From Vulcanimicrobiota bacterium (GTDB lineage: Bacteria; Vulcanimicrobiota; Vulcanimicrobiia; Eremiobacterales; Eremiobacteraceae), in assembly GCA_963805945.1 (NCBI GenBank), contig CAWDVP010000008.1:13724-77723 (forward strand): 64,000 nucleotides of DNA, read 5' to 3'. Positions 53,442 through 62,389 of this stretch are shown here, one piece after another (position 1 is the stretch's first letter; each line of letters starts with the position of its first letter). The translations under genes and the position numbers were made by a program. The notes beneath the pieces are model-generated. The model did no database searches and had not been told where the DNA came from. It saw nothing but the letters and a program-made list of their open reading frames with translations.

Positions 53442-55472
53442 TCAGTGAGCGCTGCCGGATGTCGTGTCGGCTTTGACCACTGGCACAGGCGTATGCGCGG
53501 GCTTCACCGTCTTCGCAGTCGAGTGACCCTGTTTCGCGACCGGAGCCGGCGTGTGCATCGGCTTCACGACCACCAACGTTTTAGGATGCGTCGGCGCCTT
53601 TGCGACCGGCGCCGCTGTCCGCACCGGCTTCACGACCATCAACGCTGTCGGATGCGTCTTCGCCTTGGCGATCGGCGCCGCCGTCCGCACCGGCTTCACG
53701 ACCAGCGCCTTAGGATGCATCTCTGTCTTCGCGATCGGCGCCGCGGTGCGTATGGGCTTGGCCACCAGCGTCTTTGGATTCGTCGCCGGCTTCACGAGGA
53801 GCGCTCCCGAATGCGTGTCCAGCTTCGCGACCGGGACCGGATGCGGCACCGGCTTCATAACCGTCAGGTGGACCGGCGCGTGCATGATCGGGTGATAGAC
53901 GGAATGCGCGACCGTCACCGAACGCGGCGGCAATGCCACGACCTTCGGGCGTACACTCGTGATCGACGTGATGCGCGCCTGTTGCGACTTGAATGACATG
54001 CTCGTCTCGTGCGGTGCCTTAGCCGCGAAGCGCGTGCTAGCGAAGGTGCGCGACAGGACGACCGGATGCTCGACGGCGATCGACGTGTAGTGCAGATTCG
54101 CCGTCGTCGGGACGACCGGAACCGCACCGCGGATCAGCACGATCTGCTTCAGCTGCTGCGGCCGTAGGACGACCATGCGCTTGAAGTTGCCGGCGCGCCA
54201 CGCGCTGACCGGCACCATCGTGAAGCCGCCGTAGTAGCGGGCGTTGCTGTAGTAGTTGTAGACGTTGGTGACGGTCGGGACATTCGTCACCGTGGTCGCC
54301 GGATACGAATAGTTCTGACCGTACCACGGCTGATATTGCTCGCCCGGCGCCAACGGGATCCAGCCGATGTCGGCAGTGCTGGAATTGCCGAGAATGCTTG
54401 AGAGACCGCCAAGGTTGGTGTTGCCGGAATTTCCGAGAACGCCTGAGAGACTGCTCAAGATGTTATCAAGTCCGCCTGTGCTGCCGTTGTTGCCGGACAA
54501 GAAGAAGGAAACGACCGCGGGCAGCCACGTTGACGCGAGGCTTGTCGATGAGGTCTGCGATTGAGCGGCCGGAGGCTGCCAGAGCCACCCGCCGTTGCTC
54601 GGACTGTTGAACCACGTGCCATAATGAGAGGTCGCGTAGCCGGTGGGTGAATTGTCAACCCACGTGTAGCCGGATCCCGGCTCCCATACCCATTGACCGT
54701 TCTGATAGGGTGCGAAGTTCGTTTGGCTCTGGTTGTTCGGAGCCCACGCGTACCCGTAGCCCGGCACGTTTTGCCATTGGCCGTAGTTGGCGAGGTTGGA
54801 GTACCCCGCGAGCTGCGGCGACAGGTACGGATTTGCATTGTAGGCTGAAACCGCCGCTTGGTCGCGCGACGTGTTGAATTGGTCGAAAGAATCGAATCCG
54901 ATGACGCTTTGCAGGTTCATCGAGGAACCGTTGGCGACGAGCGTGCTGCCCGGCGTGAGCGTCTGCGATCCGTTGGCCGTCGCGATCGTCGCGGCTCCGC
55001 TGCGCACCGTCACAAGGGTCTCGCCGTTGCCCAGCACCGTCACCCGATAATCGCCGGTCTGATTGGGGCGGACGGTGAACGACGGAGTATCGATCTGCGG
55101 GCTGCCGTCAGCGCCTTGGAGTTCCGCTAAGTCGACCGTGCCTGCGGCCAGCTGCACCTCGACCGAGTTGGGGCTGAGATTGACGAAACGGACTTGCGTG
55201 CCGCTCGAGAGCCGCAACATCGAGATGCCGTCGAACTGCACTTCGGCGCTCGATCCCGATCCGGTCGCGATATAGTCGCCCGGCACCAGCGGCGCATTGA
55301 CGGAAGCCGCCACTTGGGCCCCGCTATCGCCTCGCACGATGACGACTCCGCCATTGACGACGCTGACATTGGCAACGCCGCTTTGGGCGGCTGCCGGAAC
55401 GGCTAACGCGATCACGGCCGTCAAGGCCATAGTCGTAACAAGCGTTCGGAGAACGTTGTGTTGTGTTTTCAT
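53442..55472 (-). CDS. Secreted FecR-like/DUF6600-like protein with repetitive basic C-terminal tail
   Basis: Signal peptide; NAPLVPGD..AEVQFD; YGQW....YGYAWAP..FAPY.NGQWVW..HYGTW..WLWQP; IGWIPLAPGE. Confidence 0.8.
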   Translation of the reverse strand: MKTQHNVLRTLVTTMALTAVIALAVPAAAQSGVANVSVVNGGVVIVRGDSGAQVAASVNAPLVPGDYIATGSGSSAEVQFDGISMLRLSSGTQVRFVNLSPNSVEVQLAAGTVDLAELQGADGSPQIDTPSFTVRPNQTGDYRVTVLGNGETLVTVRSGAATIATANGSQTLTPGSTLVANGSSMNLQSVIGFDSFDQFNTSRDQAAVSAYNANPYLSPQLAGYSNLANYGQWQNVPGYGYAWAPNNQSQTNFAPYQNGQWVWEPGSGYTWVDNSPTGYATSHYGTWFNSPSNGGWLWQPPAAQSQTSSTSLASTWLPAVVSFFLSGNNGSTGGLDNILSSLSGVLGNSGNTNLGGLSSILGNSSTADIGWIPLAPGEQYQPWYGQNYSYPATTVTNVPTVTNVYNYYSNARYYGGFTMVPVSAWRAGNFKRMVVLRPQQLKQIVLIRGAVPVVPTTANLHYTSIAVEHPVVLSRTFASTRFAAKAPHETSMSFKSQQARITSITSVRPKVVALPPRSVTVAHSVYHPIMHAPVHLTVMKPVPHPVPVAKLDTHSGALLVKPATNPKTLVAKPIRTAAPIAKTEMHPKALVVKPVRTAAPIAKAKTHPTALMVVKPVRTAAPVAKAPTHPKTLVVVKPMHTPAPVAKQGHSTAKTVKPAHTPVPVVKADTTSGSAH
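53480..53800 (-). repeat. Coding tandem repeats (about 21-22 aa, VKP[IVM]xT.AP[IV]AK...HPK.L)
   Basis: About five imperfect copies; visible on + as recurring ggcttcacgacc / tcgcgatcggcgccg / ttaggatgc. Confidence 0.75.
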
Positions 55473-55596
55473 AATGTGTTCTTGTACCCACATCTTCTGC
55501 GCGCGAAGCAGCGAGATACGGAAAACGCCTTCGTTTAAGCCACGTCAGACTTGGGTATATACAGAGTACTCCAACGGAGTAAGGAGGACGCTAGTT

Positions 55597-55665
55597 ATGT
55601 TAACCGCGATTCTGGTGCTCGTCGCTCTGATCTTCCTGATGGTCTCGGGCCATTTGAAACTATAG
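55597..55665 (+). CDS. Putative 22-aa hydrophobic peptide
   Basis: AAGGAGG at 55581-55587, then ATG: MLTAILVLVALIFLMVSGHLKL*. Confidence 0.55.
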   Translation: MLTAILVLVALIFLMVSGHLKL

Positions 55666-55704
55666 GGCGCACCGAGACGTCGGATCAGAACTGACGACTC
55701 CGAA

Positions 55705-55740
55705 GAATACGGGCGGCGGTGAAAACCGCGGCCCGTATTC
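55705..55740. terminator. Hairpin between convergent genes, probable terminator
   Basis: gaatacgggc-g-gcggt-gaaa-accgc-g-gcccgtattc. Confidence 0.65.
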
Positions 55741-56228
55741 TATTCAAACGGGCGCGCGCCTACCATCTCCCGGATGCGCGGGTGCTCGCCCTCGACGGTC
55801 TTGATCCAGCTCTTGAAGGCCGGCACCTTCTCGTTGACGCGATACAGGAAATAGTAGGCGCTGATGTCGCCGACATATGAGAAGCGCCGTTTGAGATCGG
55901 CGGTCAATCGTGCGTACGTCCCCTGGGATCGCAAGTACTTCCGAAACCCGCCGAATTCTTCATCGAGCGCGAGCAGCGTCGCAGCGTTCGCGATCGTCGC
56001 CGCGATCTTGCGCTCGCTGTGCAGAATTCCCGGCGTGGCCATGATGCGCTTGATGTCCTTGCCGCGATAGCGCGCCACTTTTCTCGGCTCGAACCCGTCG
56101 AACGCTATGCGCGATGGATCCCACTGGCGGTCGATGGCGGCCCAACTCAAACCGGCCTGGAAGACCGCGCGGCTCATGACCGCGAGGTAATCGGCAAGGG
56201 TGGGTTTGACGATCCGCTCGTGCCCTAT
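55740..56228 (-). CDS. DNA-3-methyladenine glycosylase I-like protein (start uncertain)
   Basis: AVFQAGLSW, AFDGFEPRKVA, GILHSERKIAATIANA, LKRRFSYVG. Confidence 0.8.
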   Translation of the reverse strand: MGHERIVKPTLADYLAVMSRAVFQAGLSWAAIDRQWDPSRIAFDGFEPRKVARYRGKDIKRIMATPGILHSERKIAATIANAATLLALDEEFGGFRKYLRSQGTYARLTADLKRRFSYVGDISAYYFLYRVNEKVPAFKSWIKTVEGEHPRIREMVGARPFE

Positions 56229-56230
56229 CT

Positions 56231-56773
56231 TCAGTACGCCGACCCTACAAAGCGGAAGGACGCGAAGAAACGGTCGGTTTGATCGTACAGCGCCCCACCG
56301 GTCGTCGCGATCGAAAGCACCTGCCATAGACGGCGGCCTCGGAAAAAGATGCGCGACCTGCTGTGGAAGTCATCGCCAGCGATCACACAATCCATCCCAG
56401 CGACGCCTTGCAGCGTGATCGGGGTGCTCGAGACGACGTGGCCGCCTTTCCATGAGCCCGCTTCACCGCTCGCCACGTTGGCGAGCGTCTCTTGCACGTT
56501 TGAGGAGGCCGACGGATAATCCGAGACCGAGACGAAGAGGGCGACCGTTTTCATATCCCATTGCCATATCCGCGCTTCGACCGGTCCCACTTTGGTTTGG
56601 ATCATCTTTGAGCTCTTGTCGGGTGCAGAGGCGGCGGAGATGGCAAACCCATCCGGGGTGCTCGCATACTCGTCCCATGATTGATCGGCGGACGCCCTTG
56701 TGGGCGCGGACGCGACGAACGCAAAGGCGAGGACTGCGAAGAGCGCGGCGGTGTAGAAGCGTATTGTTATCAT
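56231..56773 (-). CDS. Hypothetical exported protein
   Basis: Signal peptide; ends DRFFASFRF. Confidence 0.7.
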   Translation of the reverse strand: MITIRFYTAALFAVLAFAFVASAPTRASADQSWDEYASTPDGFAISAASAPDKSSKMIQTKVGPVEARIWQWDMKTVALFVSVSDYPSASSNVQETLANVASGEAGSWKGGHVVSSTPITLQGVAGMDCVIAGDDFHSRSRIFFRGRRLWQVLSIATTGGALYDQTDRFFASFRFVGSAY

Positions 56774-56778
56774 AGCCT

Positions 56779-57339
56779 CTATGTCGGCTGCGGCGCCTCA
56801 TTCATGAGCGGCAGCTCAGCGCATCTGCGGACTAAGCGCAGCAGCTCACGCTTGACGAGCCCGCTGAACGGCCCGGTGAACGCCCAATACAGCCGGAAGC
56901 GCGTGCGGCTGGCGCGGTCCGTGCACAGCACGCGTGTTTGCGTCGACAGCTGAATGCCGTCGACCTCGTCCAGTTTGAAGCTCCAGACGATCTTCGCGAA
57001 CCCGGGCTCTGCAAATGACGTGAATGCGCTCGCCTCGACGGGGCGCACTTCGTAGCGCGGCCTCCATGGGCACGCGACCAAGCCGAACACGATCTCATCG
57101 TCTGGTCGCTCGCCGAGCACGACAAAGCCGCTGTGCGCCAAAGCGCCCAGCGTGAGTGGACGCGGCCTCTCATGCCCGCGGATGGCGAAGAGCGTTCCGA
57201 TCACGGGCGATGCATTCATATCCGCGGCCTTGACACACGCATACACGCGCGCGGCGCTCGCCTGGATCAGGATCGAGTGCAGCGAGACCACGTCGTACTG
57301 GGGCAGAAACGCGTCGACTAAGTCGGGGCCCAGGCTAAT
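56779..57339 (-). CDS. Hypothetical protein (DUF2867-like; start uncertain)
   Basis: DAFLPQYD..EIVFGL..PW..FAEPGFAKIVWSF..LSTQTRVLCTD..FRLYW..GPFSGL. Confidence 0.7.
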   Translation of the reverse strand: MSLGPDLVDAFLPQYDVVSLHSILIQASAARVYACVKAADMNASPVIGTLFAIRGHERPRPLTLGALAHSGFVVLGERPDDEIVFGLVACPWRPRYEVRPVEASAFTSFAEPGFAKIVWSFKLDEVDGIQLSTQTRVLCTDRASRTRFRLYWAFTGPFSGLVKRELLRLVRRCAELPLMNEAPQPT

Positions 57340-57350
57340 GGAGCTGTTTG

Positions 57351-57572
57351 TCAGGCGGTCCCGTGCTCGTCATCTACTAGGGCTTGCACGGCCTCTATGC
57401 ACTGAGGGCACGTGAGAACCGCGGCATGTTCAAGCGGGTTTTGACGAATGGGCTTCCATCCAGCGCCGCCGTCTTTGTCGTAGTCGCTGGTGCAGGGCGA
57501 CCCTTGCGAGTTCTTCACGTGCGTCGGTGACGGACATTCTCGTAAAGAACACGCACACGCAATGCTAGCCAT
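57351..57572 (-). CDS. Small Cys-rich hypothetical protein
   Basis: 73 aa with CAC..C..H..C and CPQC. Confidence 0.4.
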   Translation of the reverse strand: MASIACACSLRECPSPTHVKNSQGSPCTSDYDKDGGAGWKPIRQNPLEHAAVLTCPQCIEAVQALVDDEHGTA

Positions 57573-57704
57573 GAGAAGCCTTCTTCCAGAGAATCCTACC
57601 CTTTCCTATAAGGCGGCGGAGTGCTATGTGCGAGATGTCTCCGGCGAGTTTGCAAGGTGATGCGCGCCACACCCTTTGGATATGATTTGTAGGCGCCCAC
57701 TCGC

Positions 57705-58271
57705 TCACCTGAAGACCGGTGGCGCTCCTAGCCTTGGCTCCTCGACGCGCAGACGTCGCGCCCCTTGCAGATAAGCGCCATCTGGGTGACGCGTCTCGAA
57801 ATCCTCGCATAGCATCGCGAGGTACTCAAAGTTCTCCAACAGAGCCGGCGCGTCTAGGCACCGACGCCTGATCGCGATGATGGGCATCATCGCGGTCCAA
57901 CTCGAGAGGATCGGCCCGGAAAAGAGATCGCACACGATTTCCTTGTCGATTATGCCGTACTTGCAAAACGCCCCCAAATTCTCAAATATGTTCCCTACAA
58001 GATTGAGGCTCGCAAGGTCATCATCCAGGACCCTTTGCTCGATCCCGGGGAGAAAGTGCGGCTCCTTCATGAGACGAGGAAGATCATTTTGAAGGAAGCG
58101 CCTCGCGGCGCGGAATTCGGCTGACTCGATGACTTCCTGAACCCCGGTGATCGCGCTGATCTGGTTGCTGCTCCGCAAGTGGCGCAGCTGCGCGATGGCG
58201 GCGAACGCGGTCGCCGCGATCACGACAAAGGTGCCGACAGCGGCAATCGCACTTATCTGTTCTGGGCTCAT
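57705..58271 (-). CDS. Hypothetical membrane-anchored protein (DUF4760-like), paralog of 15012-15587
   Basis: [50 protein letters not shown]. Confidence 0.75.
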   Translation of the reverse strand: MSPEQISAIAAVGTFVVIAATAFAAIAQLRHLRSSNQISAITGVQEVIESAEFRAARRFLQNDLPRLMKEPHFLPGIEQRVLDDDLASLNLVGNIFENLGAFCKYGIIDKEIVCDLFSGPILSSWTAMMPIIAIRRRCLDAPALLENFEYLAMLCEDFETRHPDGAYLQGARRLRVEEPRLGAPPVFR

Positions 58272-58290
58272 CTTATACCGTGGGCCGCGA

Positions 58291-58521
58291 TCAAACAACC
58301 TGCTCGGTAATACGGTTATGGGCGTCGGTTACGTGCAAGCCATACTTTTCGATGTCGTTGATGCAGTCATCGACGTTTACACCAGGCTGAGTCTCGCCTC
58401 TGATCATCGTGAGTGTCTTGAAAGCGCTCCAGACTCCGAACTGTGATGGCAGGTTTGCTCCCGTGCTGTCCTCCGTGAAACCGAAGACGCGGCCTGCGCC
58501 TTTGAAGATGTGAACTTGCAT
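58291..58521 (-). CDS. Small hypothetical protein
   Basis: GGAGA RBS; MQVHIFKGAGRVFGFTEDSTGANLP... Confidence 0.65.
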   Translation of the reverse strand: MQVHIFKGAGRVFGFTEDSTGANLPSQFGVWSAFKTLTMIRGETQPGVNVDDCINDIEKYGLHVTDAHNRITEQVV

Positions 58522-58576
58522 GAGTCGTCTCCGTAGTTTCAAGTACGTACAACGCATGGAAGGAGTTCAATATCTG

Positions 58577-58602
58577 TGGTAGTCCCAAGGGAATTCGAAT
58601 CC
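58577..58602 (-). mobile_element. Displaced tRNA-Glu 3' end (attR-like), 26 bp with 1 mismatch
   Basis: tggtagtcccaagggaattcgaatcc versus 60009-60034. Confidence 0.85.
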
Positions 58603-59045
58603 TACGTGTGCATGGCCGTGGCGAGATTGCCGCAGGCCATGTACTTGTTGAGTTGCGCCGCAGACTGATGGATGTTCACGGAATCGCCTGTCACGTCGAT
58701 TTTGCTGATCGGCGCGCCGACCACAGTGATCGAATGACCGGCGACGACGTCGGTGAGCGGCCACACGACGGCGCCCGCATGACCACAGACGCCTTTATGG
58801 ATATGAGACGGTTCGATCGCGCCTGCCGGTTCGTTCTTGATCTCGATGACGACCTTCGTTTTGCCGCCGGCGGCCGTTAGTGTGATGGTGCCGCACTGAC
58901 GGTGGGGGCCCGGTGGGGTCGGGCAGATGCCATTGCTTGGGGCGCCGATCTTGTAGGTTTTCGAGACGGGAGCCGACCCGGCGATCGCGATGCCAGTCCA
59001 AACCGCCGCTACCGCTATCAACGCAACGAAAGACAAACTACGCAT
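58602..59045 (-). CDS. Secreted CHRD/Cu-Zn SOD-fold-like small protein
   Basis: AAGGAGGAG RBS; signal peptide; EPSHIHKGVCG..WPLTDV..G.S..SVNIHQS..YMACGNL. Confidence 0.7.
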   Translation of the reverse strand: MRSLSFVALIAVAAVWTGIAIAGSAPVSKTYKIGAPSNGICPTPPGPHRQCGTITLTAAGGKTKVVIEIKNEPAGAIEPSHIHKGVCGHAGAVVWPLTDVVAGHSITVVGAPISKIDVTGDSVNIHQSAAQLNKYMACGNLATAMHT

Positions 59046-59134
59046 ACATGCTCCTCCTTCTCAAAGGACGAGGTGCCGCGCGCAAGAACTGGCCATTCCA
59101 GTTCAATCGCTGGCTTCGAGCATTATTTCATCAA

Positions 59135-59181
59135 TGGTAGCCCCAAGGGAATTCGAATCCCTGTCTCCGCCTTGAAAGGGC
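59135..59181 (-). mobile_element. Displaced tRNA-Glu 3' part (attR-like), 47 bp, anticodon TTC instead of CTC
   Basis: tggtagccccaagggaattcgaatccctgtctccgccttgaAagggc; one mismatch to 60009-60055. Confidence 0.9.
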
Positions 59182-59268
59182 AGGCGGGAGGCCCTTTTTA
59201 CCTGCGTTTGCGTGTAGCCTCCAGCAAAGCCATAAGGCCATATACGAGCGCTCGAACGATCGGTGGGG

Positions 59269-59631
59269 TCAGTAGCCTTCGGGTGTAGTCGTATCGAAAA
59301 CCGGCTGGCCGATTCCCAATTGGAAGCGGTGACGGTGTAGGAGGAATTCCTTCGTGAGCAGGTTGAGGGAGTTCGTGAGGCTCGTTACCTTGGCCCCAAG
59401 CGCATCAACCTGCGTCTGGACCGACTGGAGTTGCAAGGGCACCGAGACCGTGCTCGAGCGTAGAATTGTAGCGCTTGGCGGCGAGTGCGTGGGCTCTGGG
59501 GTCGGCACCGGCGTGGCGGAAAGCGAAAGCGCATCGGACCGGGTTGATTTCAGAGCAAGCACAGCCGCGCAAGCCATACTTGCTGCGCTGAGCAGCGATA
59601 GGGCGTCTCTACGGTTGAGCATGAAAGCCAT
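59269..59631 (-). CDS. Hypothetical exported protein (Tat-like signal, coiled coil)
   Basis: NRRDALSLL twin-arginine-like motif, Pro/Thr linker, LQSVQTQVDALGAKVTSL. Confidence 0.55.
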   Translation of the reverse strand: MAFMLNRRDALSLLSAASMACAAVLALKSTRSDALSLSATPVPTPEPTHSPPSATILRSSTVSVPLQLQSVQTQVDALGAKVTSLTNSLNLLTKEFLLHRHRFQLGIGQPVFDTTTPEGY

Positions 59632-59892
59632 GGATGAAAATACCTCCAAGATCACCTACTAGCTGTCAATCGGGGCAATGCTAAGCAGCTAATGCCGACG
59701 TCCACCGGTCTTCAGCAAGCCGCCTTTGAATGACTTCCCCTCACTGGGTGAACGTCAGGCATAGGTGGCGATATACTGCCATCTTGGCGACGCAGACGTT
59801 GGTCTCCGCGCGATACTTGGCGTCGCGGTCCTTGCGGTTGGCGAGGGCTTCTCTCGCTTGCTTCGCTCCGAGGACATCAGAGGCCGCGACGT

Positions 59893-59916
59893 TGCCACCC
59901 TAACTGCCACCCTAAC
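59893..59916. repeat. 12-bp tandem direct repeat, candidate integrase arm-type site near attL
   Basis: tgccaccctaac x2, about 95 bp from the tRNA-Glu 3' end; also gagagcgtg x2 at 59920 and 59940. Confidence 0.5.
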
Positions 59917-60008
59917 GAGGAGAGCGTGCGCGTAAATGTGAGAGCGTGTGAGAAATAAAGAAATGCCAAGACCCTCGCGGGAATTGGCTCTAATGCTTAC
60001 TCTGTCAG

Positions 60009-60084
60009 TGGTAGCCCCAAGGGAATTCGAATCCCTGTCTCCGCCTTGAGAGGGCGGCGTCCTTGGCCTCTAGACGATGGGGCC
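60009..60084 (-). tRNA. tRNA-Glu (anticodon CTC)
   Basis: GGCCCCATCGTCTAGAGGCCAAGGACGCCGCC-CTCTCAA-GGCGGAGACAGGGATTCGAATTCCCTTGGGGCTACCA; 76-nt cloverleaf with encoded CCA. Confidence 0.97.
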
Positions 60085-60085
60085 G

Positions 60086-60161
60086 TGGCTCCCGGGCAAG
60101 GTCTCGAACCTTGACTTTCCTGGTTCAGAGCCAGGCGTGTTACCAATTACACCACCCGGGA
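60086..60161 (-). tRNA. tRNA-Gln (anticodon CTG)
   Basis: TCCCGGGTGGTGTAATTGGTAACACGCCTGG-CTCTGAA-CCAGGAAAGTCAAGGTTCGAGACCTTGCCCGGGAGCCA; 76-nt cloverleaf. Confidence 0.97.
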
Positions 60162-60162
60162 A

Positions 60163-60217
60163 CGAGTCTGGATTCGCCGCCTCTAGCTTTGCCGTCCTAC
60201 CCTTAGAACACCCGGCA
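60163..60217 (-). pseudogene. Possible tRNA relic (5' acceptor strand plus D-arm, broken 3' half)
   Basis: TGCCGGG-T-GTTCT-AAGGGT-AGGAC...CGAATCCAG; 5' end resembles the adjacent tRNA-Gln TCCCGGGTG. Confidence 0.45.
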
Positions 60218-60233
60218 ACGGACGCGAATACCG

Positions 60234-60263
60234 ATTATACTATGCGTTCTTCGGGAGTGTCAA
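60234..60263 (-). promoter_or_regulatory. Consensus sigma70 promoter of the tRNA operon
   Basis: TTGACA-18 bp-TATAAT on the minus strand. Confidence 0.85.
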
Positions 60264-60311
60264 CGAGCGCGGGACGAGGCCTCAAAGCCCGCTGCCGCTA
60301 AGGTAGCGCCG

Positions 60312-61147
<836 letters not shown>

Positions 61148-61151
<4 letters not shown>

Positions 61152-61546
61152 CGGGGCTTCTCTTTCCGTCGATCGTGTCCGCGCTGTGCATCGTCGGCCT
61201 CTTCGCCGCCGTCTCTATGGAGACGAAGGCTCGTCGCTATGCACGCGGCGAGCTCAGCGCGCCGAGCGTCGTGCAGCAGCCGCGTGCGCGGATGTTCGGC
61301 GGTCTGTCGAACTCGTCGTTCGGAATCGTGTACTACGCGGCGATGCTGGTCGCGATCTGGCTGCTCGCTGTGCCCTACGTCTATCCGGCCGCACTTGTCG
61401 CTGCCGTCGCGGCAGCTGCGCTGTCATTCTATCTCGCCTACAGCCTGCTGTTCATCACCCGCATGCCATGCCCGTTCTGCTGGACCGGCCATGTGGTGAA
61501 CTGGAGTCTGCTGGGACTGCTGCTCTTGTACCCTGTCATCCATTGA
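61148..61546 (+). CDS. Vitamin K epoxide reductase (VKOR) family protein
   Basis: TM helices, SVV..PRARMFGG.SNS..G..YY, CPFCW redox motif. Confidence 0.8.
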
Positions 61547-61556
61547 GGAGGCGACC

Positions 61557-61958
61557 TTGAAGACCAAGACCATCGAGCACACCGTGTTGCTGCCCGGATC
61601 GCCCAAGCGGGTGTATGAGGCCTACATGGATGCCAAGCGTCACGCCGCATTCACGGGCGCACCGGCGAGAATCGCCAAGCGACCAGGCGGCAGGATGACC
61701 GCTTGGGATGGCTACATAGACGGCGAGATACTGCTGTTGCGGCCCGGCAAGCGCATCGTGCAGACCTGGCACACCAAGAGCTGGCCGGCGGGCGCTGCTG
61801 AATCGATCCTCGATATCCGTCTCAAACCGAAGGGCAAGAACACCGAGCTCACGATGGTGCATTCCGGCGTCCCCGCGTCGCCCGCGTCGTTGGCGAAGGG
61901 CTTTCGGGCGGGCTGGCACTCGCATTACTGGGTGCTGATGCGCACGTACCTCCGGTGA
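61557..61958 (+). CDS. SRPBCC/AHSA1-like protein
   Basis: SPKRVYEAYMD..FTG..GG..WDGYI.G..PGKRIVQTW..WP..TELTMVHSGVP..GW..YW. Confidence 0.85.
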   Translation: MKTKTIEHTVLLPGSPKRVYEAYMDAKRHAAFTGAPARIAKRPGGRMTAWDGYIDGEILLLRPGKRIVQTWHTKSWPAGAAESILDIRLKPKGKNTELTMVHSGVPASPASLAKGFRAGWHSHYWVLMRTYLR

Positions 61959-62017
61959 CGCGGGTGTTCGACGGTGCGTCGAAGGAGAGCCCTGGGAATC
62001 CGTAGGACTCTTCAGCC

Positions 62018-62380
62018 ATGGTATGCGACCTGTGTCTTCGTGACTCGCATGAGATCATACGGGTTGATAACTGGCAAGTCTGTCAGTGGTGTATCAGCAA
62101 CTCGGTGCTCGAGCATGCTCTCGAGGTGCGCGCCAACATAAAACTGCTTCGAGAAGCCGTCTCAGCAGCACAAGTAGGCCATCGTGACGATGAGGCGCGC
62201 AAATCCGCTGCCGAAACCCGCCTGCTTGCGGCTCATTCGGAGCTCGACGCCGCCATCAAAGAGCTGGCCTCGATCACGGCCGCCTCGCAGACGAGCTTAG
62301 AGAAATCGCTCGCCAGCGTCGACACGCTGGACAAGTATAGGTCTGTTGAAGACGCGAGGACCCGCAAGGCGCGCGAATAG
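62018..62380 (+). CDS. Hypothetical protein (N-terminal CxxC..CxxC, helical C-terminus)
   Basis: CDLC and CQWC; 120-aa ORF co-oriented with its neighbours. Confidence 0.5.
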   Translation: MVCDLCLRDSHEIIRVDNWQVCQWCISNSVLEHALEVRANIKLLREAVSAAQVGHRDDEARKSAAETRLLAAHSELDAAIKELASITAASQTSLEKSLASVDTLDKYRSVEDARTRKARE

Positions 62381-62389
62381 CGCCTTCCC

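Noticed and set aside
59660..59900. Integrase remnant next to tRNA-Glu
   Set aside because: The frames I read show no tyrosine or serine recombinase motifs; only a short unassignable minus-strand frame
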